From: Zygophlyctis sp. KS116
Taxonomy: Eukaryota; Fungi; Chytridiomycota
DNA: 27,310 nt
Reading direction: 5' to 3'
Assembly: GCA_054661495.1 (NCBI GenBank)
Contig: BAAFSQ010000133.1
Coordinates: forward strand, 1-27,310
The translations under genes and the position numbers were made by a program. This document shows, piece by piece, positions 1 to 11,439 of the stretch (position 1 is its first letter; the number at the start of each line of letters is the position of its first letter). The notes below the pieces were generated by a model. That model was not told where the DNA came from. It was given only the letters and a program-made list of their open reading frames with translations, and ran no database searches.

Positions 1-127
1 TATAGATCTGATAAGCATGAAGAAACACGTGTAGATAATAAGCAATTAAGCAATCCTGAGCTTAGACTTGAATAACTTAGACTTGAATTGATTTATGAAT
101 TGGAGATATGTGAAATAAAATGTAACA
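1..127 (-). repeat. Probable LTR (partial, runs off the window)
   Basis: Minus strand starts TGTTACA at 127, just downstream of a truncated integrase. AT-rich with a 16-bp internal tandem repeat (cttagacttgaa at 61 and 77). No convincing PPT. Confidence 0.4.
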
Positions 128-145
128 GTTTATTTTAAGCCCACT

Positions 146-1432
146 TCAATCTATTGATGCTACAATATATGGACCTACCCAACGTCCTTGGAACTTAGTT
201 CGATTATGATTCTTCATCTTGACGAATTCACCAATTACAAAACGATGGTTTGAGACATTATTGTCGTTGTCATACCTACTCTTCATTCTCTCTGCTTGTT
301 CTTGTGTTTTTTCATAAGCAATTCCACGAGCGACTCCTAGTGATTCCAACTCTCGTCTAGTAAATTCTTCAACGTCTAATTGTTCAGGAAAATCAAAAAG
401 ATCCACCGGGGGAGAATCTCCAGGCAATCTGGGCTCCAAGACATAGACCAAGTAAAACGGTGAATATCCGGTAGTGGAGTGAATCCGAGTTCTCATCGCC
501 AGCACTGCTCTGCTTACAAATCTAGACCATCTTTCTGGATAACCTTGACAAAGTTTTGAAAGTATAGAATTAAATGTTGCATGAGGACGTTCACCCGCTC
601 CATTTGTTCTTGGATGATAAGAACTTGTTTTGAGATGACTGGTCTTAGAGACTTTCAGTAATTCTTCGACAACCATATTTAAAAAAGACTTCGAGCGATC
701 AGAAACTATTTCTACAGGTGACCCAAAATTTTTAATAATATGATCAAAAATAAACTTAGCACTTGTCTTTGCCAATCTGTCTTTTGTAGGGATTGCTATA
801 AACCACCGAGTAGCACTATCTGTGGCCGTAATACAATTGGTGTATCCCTCTTCCGTCAATGGCAGGTCCTGTAAATAATCAATATGCCAACGCTGGAAAG
901 GCAGCGGTGCAGGAGGAAGAGGGTGAAGAGGCACTGATGTCGTCGAATTTGTTGATGTTTGTTGATTCAACTGGCATAAGTCACAGGCTTCAATAATTCT
1001 ACCTACATCCAATTCTAATGATGGCCAGTAGTGACGCAGTTTCAAAACATTGACAACTGAATCCTTTCGCAAGTGTCCTAGAACTTCGTGGTAATGTCGA
1101 ACAACTTTTTCCCTTTCACTGGAAGCTAAATACGGCACTAATATGTCTGACCCATTGTGCGGGACTTTAACGTGGAGTATATCGTGGAAGAATTTGAACC
1201 TGTGAGCTTGTCTTAAAACCTTTGACTTGAGATCATTTGAAATCCCATTTGACCAGGTAGAGTCTCCCACAAGAAATCTTCCTACAAGTTCCGGCCATTC
1301 CGTGTCCAAATTCGGTCCAACTTCCAGCACATTTAGATTTATATGATTAGAAGTATTATTACGAAATCTTACATCTTCTATAAGCTCCCCTACTTTTTCG
1401 GCTTGCCTACCGGAGCGATCGGCTGAGGACAT
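146..1432 (-). pseudogene. Gypsy integrase (HHCC zinc domain, DDE core, GPY motif; C-terminus truncated)
   Basis: HEVLGH...CDLC, WHIDYL, VSDRS, SYHPRTNGAGER, WVGPY in the ORF translation. Confidence 0.95.
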
Positions 1433-1493
1433 ACATTGTCAACAACTGATGGAGCATTATCTCCGAAGACAGAGGCTTTAGTTTCATTTTCGA

Positions 1494-2860
1494 CTATTCT
1501 TGATAGTGCATCTGCCGTTGTTTATTCCCAGGTACGTAGGTCATTTGGGGCATACAATATTCGATCTCTTCTAGCCAATTCCAAATTCTCGGCTTGGGAT
1601 CCTTGAGTCCTTTGGCCCAAGTCAATGGTCGATGATCAGTGTGGACAATTATTTCTCTTCCCTCGATATAACATCTAAACTTCCTGAGACATAATAATAC
1701 TGCATAAAGTTCTCTTTCTGTCGCGGGATATTTCTGTTCAGTAGGTGACAATTTGGAGTAGTAAAAGGCAATGGGCCTATGATCTTTGTGTATTTTTTGA
1801 GTGAGAATACCACCGATTGCGAATTGACTGGCGTCTGGCCATATATGAAATTCTTTTGAAAAATCAGGCATAATAAAGACAGGCGCAGATATCAAAGATC
1901 TTTTTAACTCTTCGAAAGACATTTGGCATTTCTCGTCCCAACAAAACTCCTTATCCTTTTTAGTGAGATCAAGCAGTGGCAGGGCTATCTTGGTAAAGTC
2001 TTTAATGAACCTTCTATAGTAGTTCAAGAGTCCAATAAACGAGCGTACTTCAGTGACGGTTTTAGGAACTGACCAATTCTGAACCACATCTATTTTTTCA
2101 GGATCTGGTCGGATTATTCCTTCAGATACAATGTGACCCAGATAGCTAACTTCTGTTTTAAAGAATTGAGACTTTTTGAGGTTGATAATCAACCCATAAT
2201 ATTCTAATTTCTGGAAAACTTTTTGCAAATGTTTTTCGTGTTCTTCCTTGCTAGATGAGTAAACTAAGATATCGTCAATATATATCACACAAAAATCATC
2301 TATAAATTCTCCAAGCACGAGATTCATTACTCTTTGAAAAGTCGATGGAGCATTACAGAGACCGAAAGGCATAACTTTGTACTCAAACTTTCCATATCTG
2401 GTGTTAAAAGCTGTCTTTTCACATCCATTTGAATCTGATGGAACCCTGATTCAAGATCAATAGTACTGAAGAAACTTGATCCACCTAGCATATCCAATTT
2501 ATCATCTACTCTTGGGATTGTGTAAGTGTCTTTCTTGGTAATTCGATTCAAGGCTCTGTAATCAACGCACATTCTGAGACTGCTATCTTTTTTTTAACCC
2601 TATCTTTTTTTCTTGCAAATATCACTGGGGCCGCCCAAGGCGATGCGCTCGGGCGTATTATGTCGTTTTCAACCAACTTTTTGAGCTGTTTATTAACTTC
2701 TTCTAGTTCCTTAGGTAACATTCTATACGGGTGTTTCGAGATTGGATTTGCACTTCACTCTGTTACAATCTTATGGCATCCCAAATCTTTAAGTCTTTTC
2801 TTCTTCTCTCCGCTGGATGATCTTGAATTATCAAACACAGTAGGAAAATCCTTCTTGATA
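1494..2860 (-). pseudogene. Gypsy reverse transcriptase and RNase H, frameshifted
   Basis: [65 protein letters not shown]. Confidence 0.95.
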
Positions 2861-2869
2861 CGAACGAGA

Positions 2870-3640
2870 GGGATCGTTGATGACATTTCCAACATCGTTT
2901 TTCTTGACTGTATCTCTTAGATTTTTCAAGACTTCCAAACTGAATTCCCTGCATAGGAGCGACTCCAGTAGTAACTCCAGGTGAACGGGACTTAAAATCA
3001 TTTCGACCACTATCACGATTGTATAAAATCGAGTCAACCTGTAGGGCGATATGCTCTACTTCATCCAAAGTTTTATTATCGTCAAGGTCTCTGAGTCTCC
3101 TTCCTTTTTAACCTGATCCTTTAGGCCATTGATGTAATATGTCTTAGCTTCCAATTCATCAATAGATTCAATTTCCTCTAGATACTCTCTAAATTTTTCA
3201 GAGTATCTCAATAGTGAAGCCTGTTGCTTAATCTTGCTCAATCTTCTTCTAGCCTCCTGTGATTGATTGGATGGCGAGAAATAAAGAATTAGAGCATCCA
3301 ACATAGTTTCGACGTCCGAATTTAGATTCTTTTTTTCCCATCTAGTATACCAGGTGTCTGCAGTCCCAGTTAAAAATCCGGCAACAATATCCAAATGAAG
3401 AGATTTTTCCACTTGAGGCAAACATTTCAAATACCGTCTGACCTTTCTACTGAATTCCCGTACTTTATTTCCTTTTCTATCTCCATTAAACTTTTCTGGT
3501 CGAGGAATCACTTTGTAATCCACTTTATTATTTCCTTCACTTCTTCCAGTAATTACAGGAGTTTGAGGCCTGAGAATTTCTGACCTTAATTGATTGTTTT
3601 CCATTTGAAGCGACTGTAAGCTGCTTAAGAGCCTCTGCAA
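2870..3640 (-). pseudogene. Gypsy gag with truncated zinc knuckle
   Basis: PEKFNG, LTGTADTWY, KIKQ...YSEKFR, YINGLKDQVK, RCWKC. Fused directly to the pre-RT region with no D[TS]G protease motif. Confidence 0.88.
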
Positions 3641-3736
3641 GTCCCCCGCAGTATATTATCCATATTAATATTCATCCTTTTCTTTTAAAATTCTTAGAAT
3701 CGTTAAATCCAATAAGCCCACTTCTTGAAATATAAT

Positions 3737-3807
3737 CTGTTTTCGTTAGAAACTTCCAATTTATTTTCTCGTACCTGTTTTCGTTAGAAACTTCCAAATT
3801 ATTTTCT
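3737..3807. repeat. Tandem duplication, 38-bp period
   Basis: ctgttttcgttagaaacttccaa(t/a)ttattttct at 3737 and 3775. Confidence 0.9.
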
Positions 3808-3965
3808 AAAGAAAACCCGATACCACTTCTCTTCATTCAAAGCACATTCCAGACATTTCTTTGATCAATTTTGAAGCTGCTTCTTACAAATTTGAGTAAA
3901 TACGTTAGAAAATTATCAATTGTGAGTTAAGAAACCTAATCGTGTTAACACTAGTGGTAAAATTT

Positions 3966-4135
3966 TGTTCATACCCAGAATCTTATGAAACTTTATTTAA
4001 ATTAATCTGATTATTGATCTGGGTTTAGGGGCTTTTGGATGCTTATTACTTATTAATTAATGATGATTCCAAATAATGGTTCTTTTTAGAAATTATCAAT
4101 ATACATTTGGTAATTCTAATTAACTAAAAATAACA
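3966..4135 (+). repeat. 5' LTR of element B
   Basis: TGTT...AACA. About 91% identical by eye to 5756-5914. Confidence 0.9.
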
Positions 4136-5755
4136 GAATAATTTCTACCTCAAAATGATGATGATAGAGTAATGTCTCCAACACCTTCTCACTTGGAGGC
4201 ATTTCACAATCAGGCAACTCAAATGAATGAGTTACATACTAGAAAAGTTGCTCTGGAAAATTCATAACTTTCAGTTTCTCAGGCAATGAATCAAATGAAT
4301 AATCAGCTGTTTAATCTGACTAAACCCATTTTTGGCTCTCGTCAATATACAATAGCAGTTCCAAGAGAGAATAACATTAAAGTCCCAGATGTTGAAAAAT
4401 ATGATGGATCAGCAGGAAATTTTGTGGATTTTTAAGTGGACGTTGAATGTTATTTTAGTTCAATGGGAAATAGGTATGAGGATTCAGTCTTGAGAATTAA
4501 CTATGTGTTTACAAGAATATAAGGATTTTAAAGATGCAATGAGAAAAGCTTCTATTTGCCCTTCATGCCGAGATTACGTTGCCAATGGTCACAAGTATCT
4601 CTATGTGCAAATTACTGACTACCCTTCTTCAACTTCTGCAATTTCAGCTCTCACGGTTAATTTAAAATTTCATCGATCAAATGTATCCTGTAAAGCATTA
4701 GTCGACACTGGAGCGTTAGGAAGACTATTCATTTCGAGAAATTCTCTAAACTGCATTAACGATTCGTTGAAACTTTTTAGACGTATCCGACTTATACATG
4801 TTCGCAGCTTTGCAAGACATACTGCATTAGCCAGACAGTTATTCTAAATTTTAGACTTGAATATTGAAGGCCTCTATTAATTGGTACAAATGAACCTATA
4901 GAAATTCGTACTGATCATCAAAATCTTCTTTTTAATTCATCCAAGAGACAGCTTAATAGGAGACAGAGCCGCTGGCAGGAATTCTTAGCCGATTTTAATT
5001 TTGAATTGAAGCACATTCCTGGTGAAACCAATATCGTACCATATGCATTTTCAAGAGATTATGGCGGGGAAAAGGGAAAACAATCCTCAATATTATTACC
5101 AAAAAAGTTATTTGTAAATTCAGTTTTAGAAGGACCAGAACCATCGGTCGAAGAATTGCAGGATTTGCGAGACTTAAGGAAAGAATGTATACCTCATGAA
5201 TCTTAAGAAGGAAAGGTATTGCAGGACCCCACACTTACCACGGGAAAAGTATGGCCAATTTTCTATCTTTACTAACATAAGCAACTGCTATTGCCTCAGA
5301 CGTTACCGGCCAATTTTCAGAGCCTGATTAAAAAGCTAGCCAGCAAGTTTAAACTGCATAATGATACGCTTCTGCAGAAAATCTACTTTAACAAGCAGCC
5401 CCTATGGATACCTTATTTGCAAGAAAGATTTAGAATATCTAAGATGAAAGAATTGCACGAGGTTATGGGTCATTTAAAAACTAAAAGACATGATTTATCA
5501 AAAAATGTTAAAGAGAAATCTTCAAGAAATTTGTAAAACTGGTAATCAGATAGTTGACAAATTTGAGCCAGCTTGGGAGGGACCCTTCATTATCGAAGAA
5601 ATTGGGCCTAACGACTCCTATCGTTTAAAGAAGCCGAATGAAGATCTACTAAAACATCCAGTAAATTTCAATCACATCTCTCCGTACAAGAATGTGGCTG
5701 ATCTTTCCAGCCCACCTCCTCTACATCTGGACTTGGACTTTGAAAAGGGGGATAC

Positions 5756-5951
5756 TGTTAATACCCAGAATCTTATGTAGCTTTATTGGAATTAATCTGA
5801 TTATTGATCTGGGTTTGGTGGCTTTTGGAGGCTTATTACTTATTAATTAATGATGATTTCAAATGAGGGTTCTTTGTAGAAATTATCAATAAACTTTGGT
5901 AATTCTAATTAACTGCTTTGTTTCGATAACTTTATCTTGAAAGAAATAACA
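5756..5951 (+). repeat. 3' LTR of element B
   Basis: Follows the PPT, starts TGTTA, contains AATAAA. Homology is clear to 5914; probable end at AAATAACA 5951. Confidence 0.88.
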
Positions 5952-6224
5952 TGTTTTGATAAATTCGACTTTTTCTTGTACTTTTCTTTTACTTCTGACT
6001 ACTTCTGAGCTCTATCTACTCAGGCTATTTCACTCACTAAAGAACACACTTGATTCTTAGCACAAAATTAACTCTATTACCTTGATTCTTAGCAAAAAAT
6101 TAACTAAGAACCAAGCACCAATCTTTATTAATAAATGATCAATATATGCGACAAAGCACCAAGCATTAATCACTAAAGCAAGTCATCAGTCATATTCCCA
6201 GTATTTTCACCTAAAACTGTAACA
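5952..6224 (-). repeat. 3' LTR of Gypsy element C
   Basis: Minus strand PPT GAGGGAGGAGA followed by TGTTACA at 6224, ending AAAACA at 5952. Shares motifs (ttcttag.acaaaatt, actctattacctt, ctaagaaccaagca) with the LTR at 11142-11439. Confidence 0.78.
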
Positions 6225-7305
6225 TCTCCTCCCTCACTTAAATCTGGCGTATCCTCTGAATCATGTATAGATTGGCTATGCACTGAATCTCTGACTCTGT
6301 TGCCATAGTAAAATTGGCTAATATCTTTTGAATCATAGTGTCGCAAGTCTTCTTGGTGAACTGTGGATATTTGTCCATCTGGCAGTATCAATTTATATAA
6401 AGAGATGTCTAGCACTTCGTCTATAATATAAGGACCTGTGTGTCTATATCTAAGAGCCTTTTTCGCATGATTAATTCTAGTGACAAAACTACCTGGAAGA
6501 AAAACCTCGTCGATAACATCCTCTCCTTGATTTACATTTGCATCCTTGATCTAAGGTATGCTGTGGCTTGATTCTGTCCCAATTCACCAAGCTCTCTAAT
6601 AGCATATTGCATCCTGTCGTCAAAATTATCGAAATCAAAAGTTGCGGGATGTGCTAAATCACCAGGCATCCGGGCATGCATTCCATAGAGCAAATAAAAA
6701 GGGGTCTCTTTCGTAACATCTTAGGGTTAGACCCTATTTTTAAGATTTCTGTGCATCCTTTCTACCATACCATTTGTCCTAGGATGGTATGAACTGGTAG
6801 GCAGATGTTTAACTCCCAATTCTGATAAGTACTCTTGAAATACTCCTTTTGTAAAACAGAAGGCTCTATCAGTGATCAAAGACTGAGGAACTCCATACTG
6901 AGATATGATCTCTTCAAAAAGGAACCTCAGAGCAACTTCCCCCGACCTGGAATTAGCTGGCCTAACTACAACCCATCTGGTGGCATAATCTATGGCAGTT
7001 ATGATATTGGTATTTCCATTTCTACTCGGCGTGAGATTCTGGATAAAATCTATGCCCCACCCCTCGAACGGAAGAGGCGTTGGCTCGATAGGGTGGAGAG
7101 GCGCTGGAAGCTGTGACTTTGACTTATGGAGCTGACATTTTCTACATCCTGCAACGAACAATCGGATACTATGACCCATGATGGGCCACCAATATTTTCT
7201 TTTTACTATTTCATATACAGATTTCGAAGCCATATGTCCCAACACCTCGTGGTTTTGACCAATGATAGAATCTCTATGGTCAGAGAGTATAAAAGGTAGC
7301 GTAGA
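6225..7305 (-). pseudogene. Gypsy element C integrase, internally deleted
   Basis: HEVLGH...CRKC, WGIDF, ITDRA, SYHPRTNGMVER, TPFYLLYG, TGPY. Confidence 0.92.
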
Positions 7306-8410
7306 TTCCCTCCCTTCCTCATCTCTTGCAAGGAGGTCTCCATTCATATAAAGTTGTACTAATTGGGTTACCTTTTTCGATGATAGTCTGTTCCTTCTTT
7401 TTGTATGAATGAAATCATACATGCTCCAAACACTTCAGCGGCTGCCTGAGATGTTGGAATTGCCAAAACAATTTCAGCTGCTTGGAAGAGAACTGGATAT
7501 TTTCCTATTCCTAATTTCTGCCAAAAATATAGAGCGGTATTTCTTTTAATGAACTACTTTTCTTTTTCCGAGGGGTATTGCATATCCTGATTGAATCGAG
7601 TAATTTCATCGTCAATAGCCTTAGAATCTAAACAAAGTTTTTTTTCTGATAGTATGAATTTCTTTATTTGTTCATCGGTATCAAGAATATCATCATCAAT
7701 CATCCCCCTTCCGCCAGCAGTCTTTGGATCCAAATAGAAAGCAAATGCCATAGATGGAGTATGCAGAAATACCCATCTGTTATATACCAACTGAAGAATC
7801 TCTGGATAATGTTCGTATGCTTGCATAAGCTCCAAAAAAGAGCGGTAAATATCGGAAAGGTTTGAGCCATTTGATTCGAGCCTTCCAATTATCTTCGACG
7901 TAGGTCTTAAAACTATTTCACAATCATGAATGTCTGTCCAAAACTTTTCATCAGTTATTGTCTTTAAAAAGTTTTCTTTTTTCTTTTTAGATTTATCCTT
8001 GGCAGATTCTTTGATTTGTTTGAATGTATTACTAAGAACTAATCTTTGTAACGCTCCCTTATTGTGAATCACTCGAGACACACAGCGATGGTGAGTATAC
8101 CATCTTGTTTCCCCCACATATTCCAACTCTAATTTTTTTGATAATTCACCCTCTGCGACCATATTTTCCTGAATCTTCCTAAATCTGAAGACTAAAAGAT
8201 TCTTCTTTTTTACAAATTGTGTAATTTCCCTGGCCTTTAATAGCATTTCACGGTAAATAGGCAAATGACAAATGTCCTTTACTAGAAGATTAATTGTATG
8301 GGCTCCACATCCATTCATTATCAGTCCTGGATATTTTTCTTCCAGTATGTCCCAGGCCGCTCGCATGTTAGAAGCGTTGTCTGTAACAACAGATGCAACC
8401 TTATCTATCC

Positions 8411-8440
8411 CTAAACTTTGTCAGTAAAAGTCTATCTTAC
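8411..8440 (-). other. 30-nt spliceosomal intron in the hAT transposase
   Basis: GTAAGATAGACTTTTACTGACAAAGTTTAG. It has an in-frame stop, and removal gives EPILKIG/IDKVASVVTDNASNM. Confidence 0.85.
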
Positions 8441-9007
8441 CTATTTTTAAAATTGGTTCTTCAATTCCACGAGCGATTGCTTCACCAGTTTGAGAGGTTT
8501 CACCGGTTTGCACAGCATCTATTAAGACGGGCTTTAATTTTGGAGTAACAGCCACGTAGTTCATCATGTGTTCAGCCCTTTGATTTGACCAACCCAAGGC
8601 TGATATATTTAGAATTCTTTAAAACTTCATCCACTTCTGATGCCAGTTTTGTATGTGCTTGTTTAAGCAGCCCATTGGCAATCAGCTTAGCAGATGGAGG
8701 TGCATATGATGGTCTTAATAATTTGATAGCGGCCCGAAAAGCATGATTGTCTGCAAAGTAAAATGGTACACTCATATCATAAAAACATTTTGCTATAGCT
8801 TCATCCAGTGCCATTTTTAAAGATTCATTTGTTTGGCTGACCCAATTGACTAATCTTGACTGGGACTGCGATAGCTGAGAGGCAGATTCTGAAGGGGTAA
8901 CATCGCTTCCAATATAGACAGTATTAGTTTTCTGCTTTTTAGAAGGCAGCTCATGTAAGAGATTTTCTGGAAAATCGTTGCAATTAGTTTTAAAATGAGA
9001 AACCCAT

Positions 9008-9033
9008 CTGTCTATTTAAAGTTAGGAGCTTAC
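9008..9033 (-). other. 26-nt (or 22-nt) intron in the hAT BED finger
   Basis: GTAAGCTCCTAACTTTAAATAGACAG with CTAAC branch point. Removal gives CRYCAQILPPNKDR/WVSHFKTNC. Confidence 0.75.
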
Positions 9034-9278
9034 CTGTCTTTATTAGGTGGTAATATTTGGGCACAGTATCTGCAATAGATAACTCTTTCTTTAGAAATTC
9101 CTTCAGTAGTAATATGTTTCTTTAAGTCTTTCATTTTTTACTCAATTTTTTTAATTAAAAAATCCCCTACGCGTACATATTGGTTGGATATTATACAGTA
9201 TAGTAAAAAACTTAGTGTATAATTATACTGTATAATTTGTATAATTTAACTATACGTATATTTTTTGGGCGAACCCTA

Positions 9279-9597
9279 GTCTATACCGGTATCGACCTCC
9301 CAAGGGACAGGCAGATCTATTAACATCCTTCCGCATAAAATGGGCGAATCACAAGCTGTGGAACTGGTTCCTTCGACTGTGAAATTATTTAATTGAATTT
9401 TATGTATACTATTGGTTTCTTTATAGATCTTACAGTCGTCTTTAAACTCCCCTGCCTCTTCCGCATGCCAACCGAGACGACTGAGGATTTGCTATTGAAA
9501 TGGACCAATTTTCCAGATTCGTTTGTAGAACTTTTAGAATGTGTCCTTTTGACCAGTGTCCTGAATTTGGTATCAGATTTGGGGCAGTGTCCCACCT
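9279..9597 (-). pseudogene. Gypsy gag-end/protease start fragment, interrupted by the hAT
   Basis: Reads ...GHCP... then LCGRMLIDLPVPWEVDTG immediately before the hAT TIR. Possibly the 5' part of element C. Confidence 0.55.
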
Positions 9598-9869
9598 AGC
9601 CAGACTACAGACTAAGTGTTTAGATTGATTAGTGGCTTTAATGCTTTAATTACTTTAACCGCTTGGAAGGTTAGGACAGATTTAGATTAATCATACAGTT
9701 TGTTGCATAACCTAGATTTAACACTAAAACTAGTAGATTTGATTTATAGATTTCAAGAAAGATAATAAATTCACTCAAATAGACAATTAGACTAATTTCC
9801 ACGAATTTTATTCAAAATTGAAGATAAACCACTAAAGAAAGAGAATAAGTCTCCCTCCGAGAATGAATT

Positions 9870-11439
9870 TGACCCTAGACTCTACTTCATCTAAATGTTG
9901 TAACCATGAATCGGGAGGACTGACGTCACCAGACAGCCGCGGATTCACCCCAAATAGTAAATAGAAAGGAGAAAAATTAGTGATAGCATGAGTTCTTACA
10001 CGGATATCTAACACTACCTCGTCCAAATATTCATCCCAGCGATTAAATCTGGTAAACCCACAGGGCGCTGATTCCCTGATTTAACATGGAGTGCATTCTT
10101 TTAATCAATCCATTCGTAGCCGGGTGATACGGCGGGTTAGCCCCGTTATCCCCGCCCTGGCTTCCTGTAGCATCATCCGCTAGTCCTTTTGAAGAGTTTC
10201 CAAGTTTCATTTCCAGTAAAGATGATCGAAAAACATAATTTGATCTACAGGCGACTGAATGTCGACTTTGCTGCTTGCATGAGAAGCAGCGATCCTCTTT
10301 TCTTAAGCGAGCTTGTTCTTCTAAAGACAATCTTCCAAATTGCACTCCTTGCATTGGAGAAGGTCCTGAATTACTAAATGAAGGACGGACTATGGGGCGG
10401 TTCTGGAAAACAATAGAATCTACTTGAACAGCCATTTGTTCGATCCTATCCAAAGAACAACCATCATCTAAGTCTTTCAATAGTACTTCTTTCTTCACTT
10501 GATCCTTTAATCCATTTATAAAGTAGGTCTTGGCCTCTCCTTCAGAAATGTCTCCTATCTCTTCTAACAAATCTCGAAATTTCACAGAATAATCCTGAAC
10601 AGACGTTCGTTGTTTCAATCCAGATATCTTTCTACGAGCTTCCTGGGCAACATTAGCGGGTGAAAAGTGACCGACTAAATCTTCCAAGAGGGAGTTTTTC
10701 TTGGCTACGTTTCCAGCGATTAAACCATGTATCAGTTGGTCCAGTCAGAAATCCTGCAATTATATCCACTTGTATTTGCGGGTCTAAATTGGGAATACAG
10801 CGGATATATCTCTCCATTTTACGGCTAAACTCCTTAGCTTTATTCCCTTTTCTATTTCCATCAAATTTTTCTGGTCGAGGAATGAGCTTATGGTCTAATC
10901 CTCGGAAACCTGTTTCATGCACCGGCAAAGGAGCTACTACCGGTGTGTTAGGCCGGCTCATTTCACTTCTAAGGTGACTATTTTCAACTTTCAAATTTTG
11001 AAGTCTGCTTATTTACTCATGAATCTGAGCTGGGCAAAGTATTTATATCCATATCCATTTTCTTTCTTTCTCTTATTTTCTTCTACTATATCTCTTCTTT
11101 CTTCTCTAATCTCTTCTTCGATTTTCTCTTGTCTAACCCAATGTAAAATCTTCACTTTTTTTTGTGCTAGAACCCTCTTATTATATTATATAATCTATAA
11201 CTTTCGTAGTCCTCAAGAAACCTTAGTTCTTAGTACAAAATTTAGACTCTATTACCTTAGTTCTAAGTACACCTAAGAACCAAGCATTGATCAATCAAAC
11301 AAATACTAACAAAGCACCCAAAAGAAAAGCGCACAAGCATTAAAGCGTTAAAGCAGTATCATCAACAAAGACCAGAAACTAAAACCAACCTAAATCAGCA
11401 TTAAACAAAACCTTAGCAGAAAAACATCAAGACCCAACA
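9870..11439 (-). mobile_element. Ty3/Gypsy element D (related to A): 5' LTR, gag, and a small integrase remnant
   Basis: gag LIPRPEKFDGNRKGNK matches A (VIPRPEKFNGDRKGNK). It is fused to PYHPATNG...RWDEYLD...SPFYLLFG. Protease, RT and RH are deleted. LTR about 11142-11439 (TGTTGG...TTTACA). Confidence 0.9.

Larger units (their letters stand above)
146..3950 (-). mobile_element. Ty3/Gypsy LTR retrotransposon A, degenerate (gag - [protease deleted] - RT - RNase H - integrase)
   Basis: Gypsy domain order RT-RH-IN. Frameshifts near 2372, 2595, 1510 and 3095. PBS-like TGGTATCGGG at 3825-3816 and LTR-like TGTTAACA start at 3950. Confidence 0.93.
3966..5951 (+). mobile_element. Ty3/Gypsy element B with both LTRs, internally deleted to about 2 kb
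   Basis: LTR pair. Remnants of gag (PDVEKYDG), protease (ALVDTGA), RNase H end (TDHQNL...RWQEFL), IN zinc region (LHEVMGHL) and IN C-terminus (WEGPF). PPT GAAAAGGGGGA at 5742-5752. RT and IN core absent. Confidence 0.93.
7306..9278 (-). mobile_element. hAT DNA transposon (BED zinc finger, DDE core, C-terminal dimerisation domain), pseudogenised, 3' end deleted
   Basis: CRYC...H...C, VTDNASNM, CGAHTINL, ETRWYT, AFYLDP, IPTSQAAAE, HTKRRNRL. The first catalytic D (DGW) is lost to a small deletion near 8595. TIR-like TAGGGTTCGCCC starts at 9278, with subterminal inverted TTATACAGTATA repeats at 9191-9235. Confidence 0.92.

Noticed and set aside
2660-2920. Short opposite-strand ORFs (also 3395-3583, 6835-7116, 10660-10977, 23886-24083)
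   Set aside because: Antisense shadows of TE coding sequence with no motifs.
1-3950. 1-127 and 3826-3950 as a matched LTR pair of element A
   Set aside because: No visible similarity beyond the TGTTA start.
4021-4030. GGGTTTAGGG, and TTAGGGTT at 11510
   Set aside because: Within LTR sequence. The 4021 site aligns colinearly with the partner LTR, and 11510 resembles the same LTR motif.
7554-7556. In-frame TAG/TAA as stop-codon reassignment
   Set aside because: The same elements also have TGA stops, frameshifts and deletions, so ordinary decay suffices.
9271-9278. TAGGGTT at the hAT boundary as a telomere stitch
   Set aside because: Better explained as the hAT terminal inverted repeat (Ac-like TAGGG start) next to subterminal repeats.
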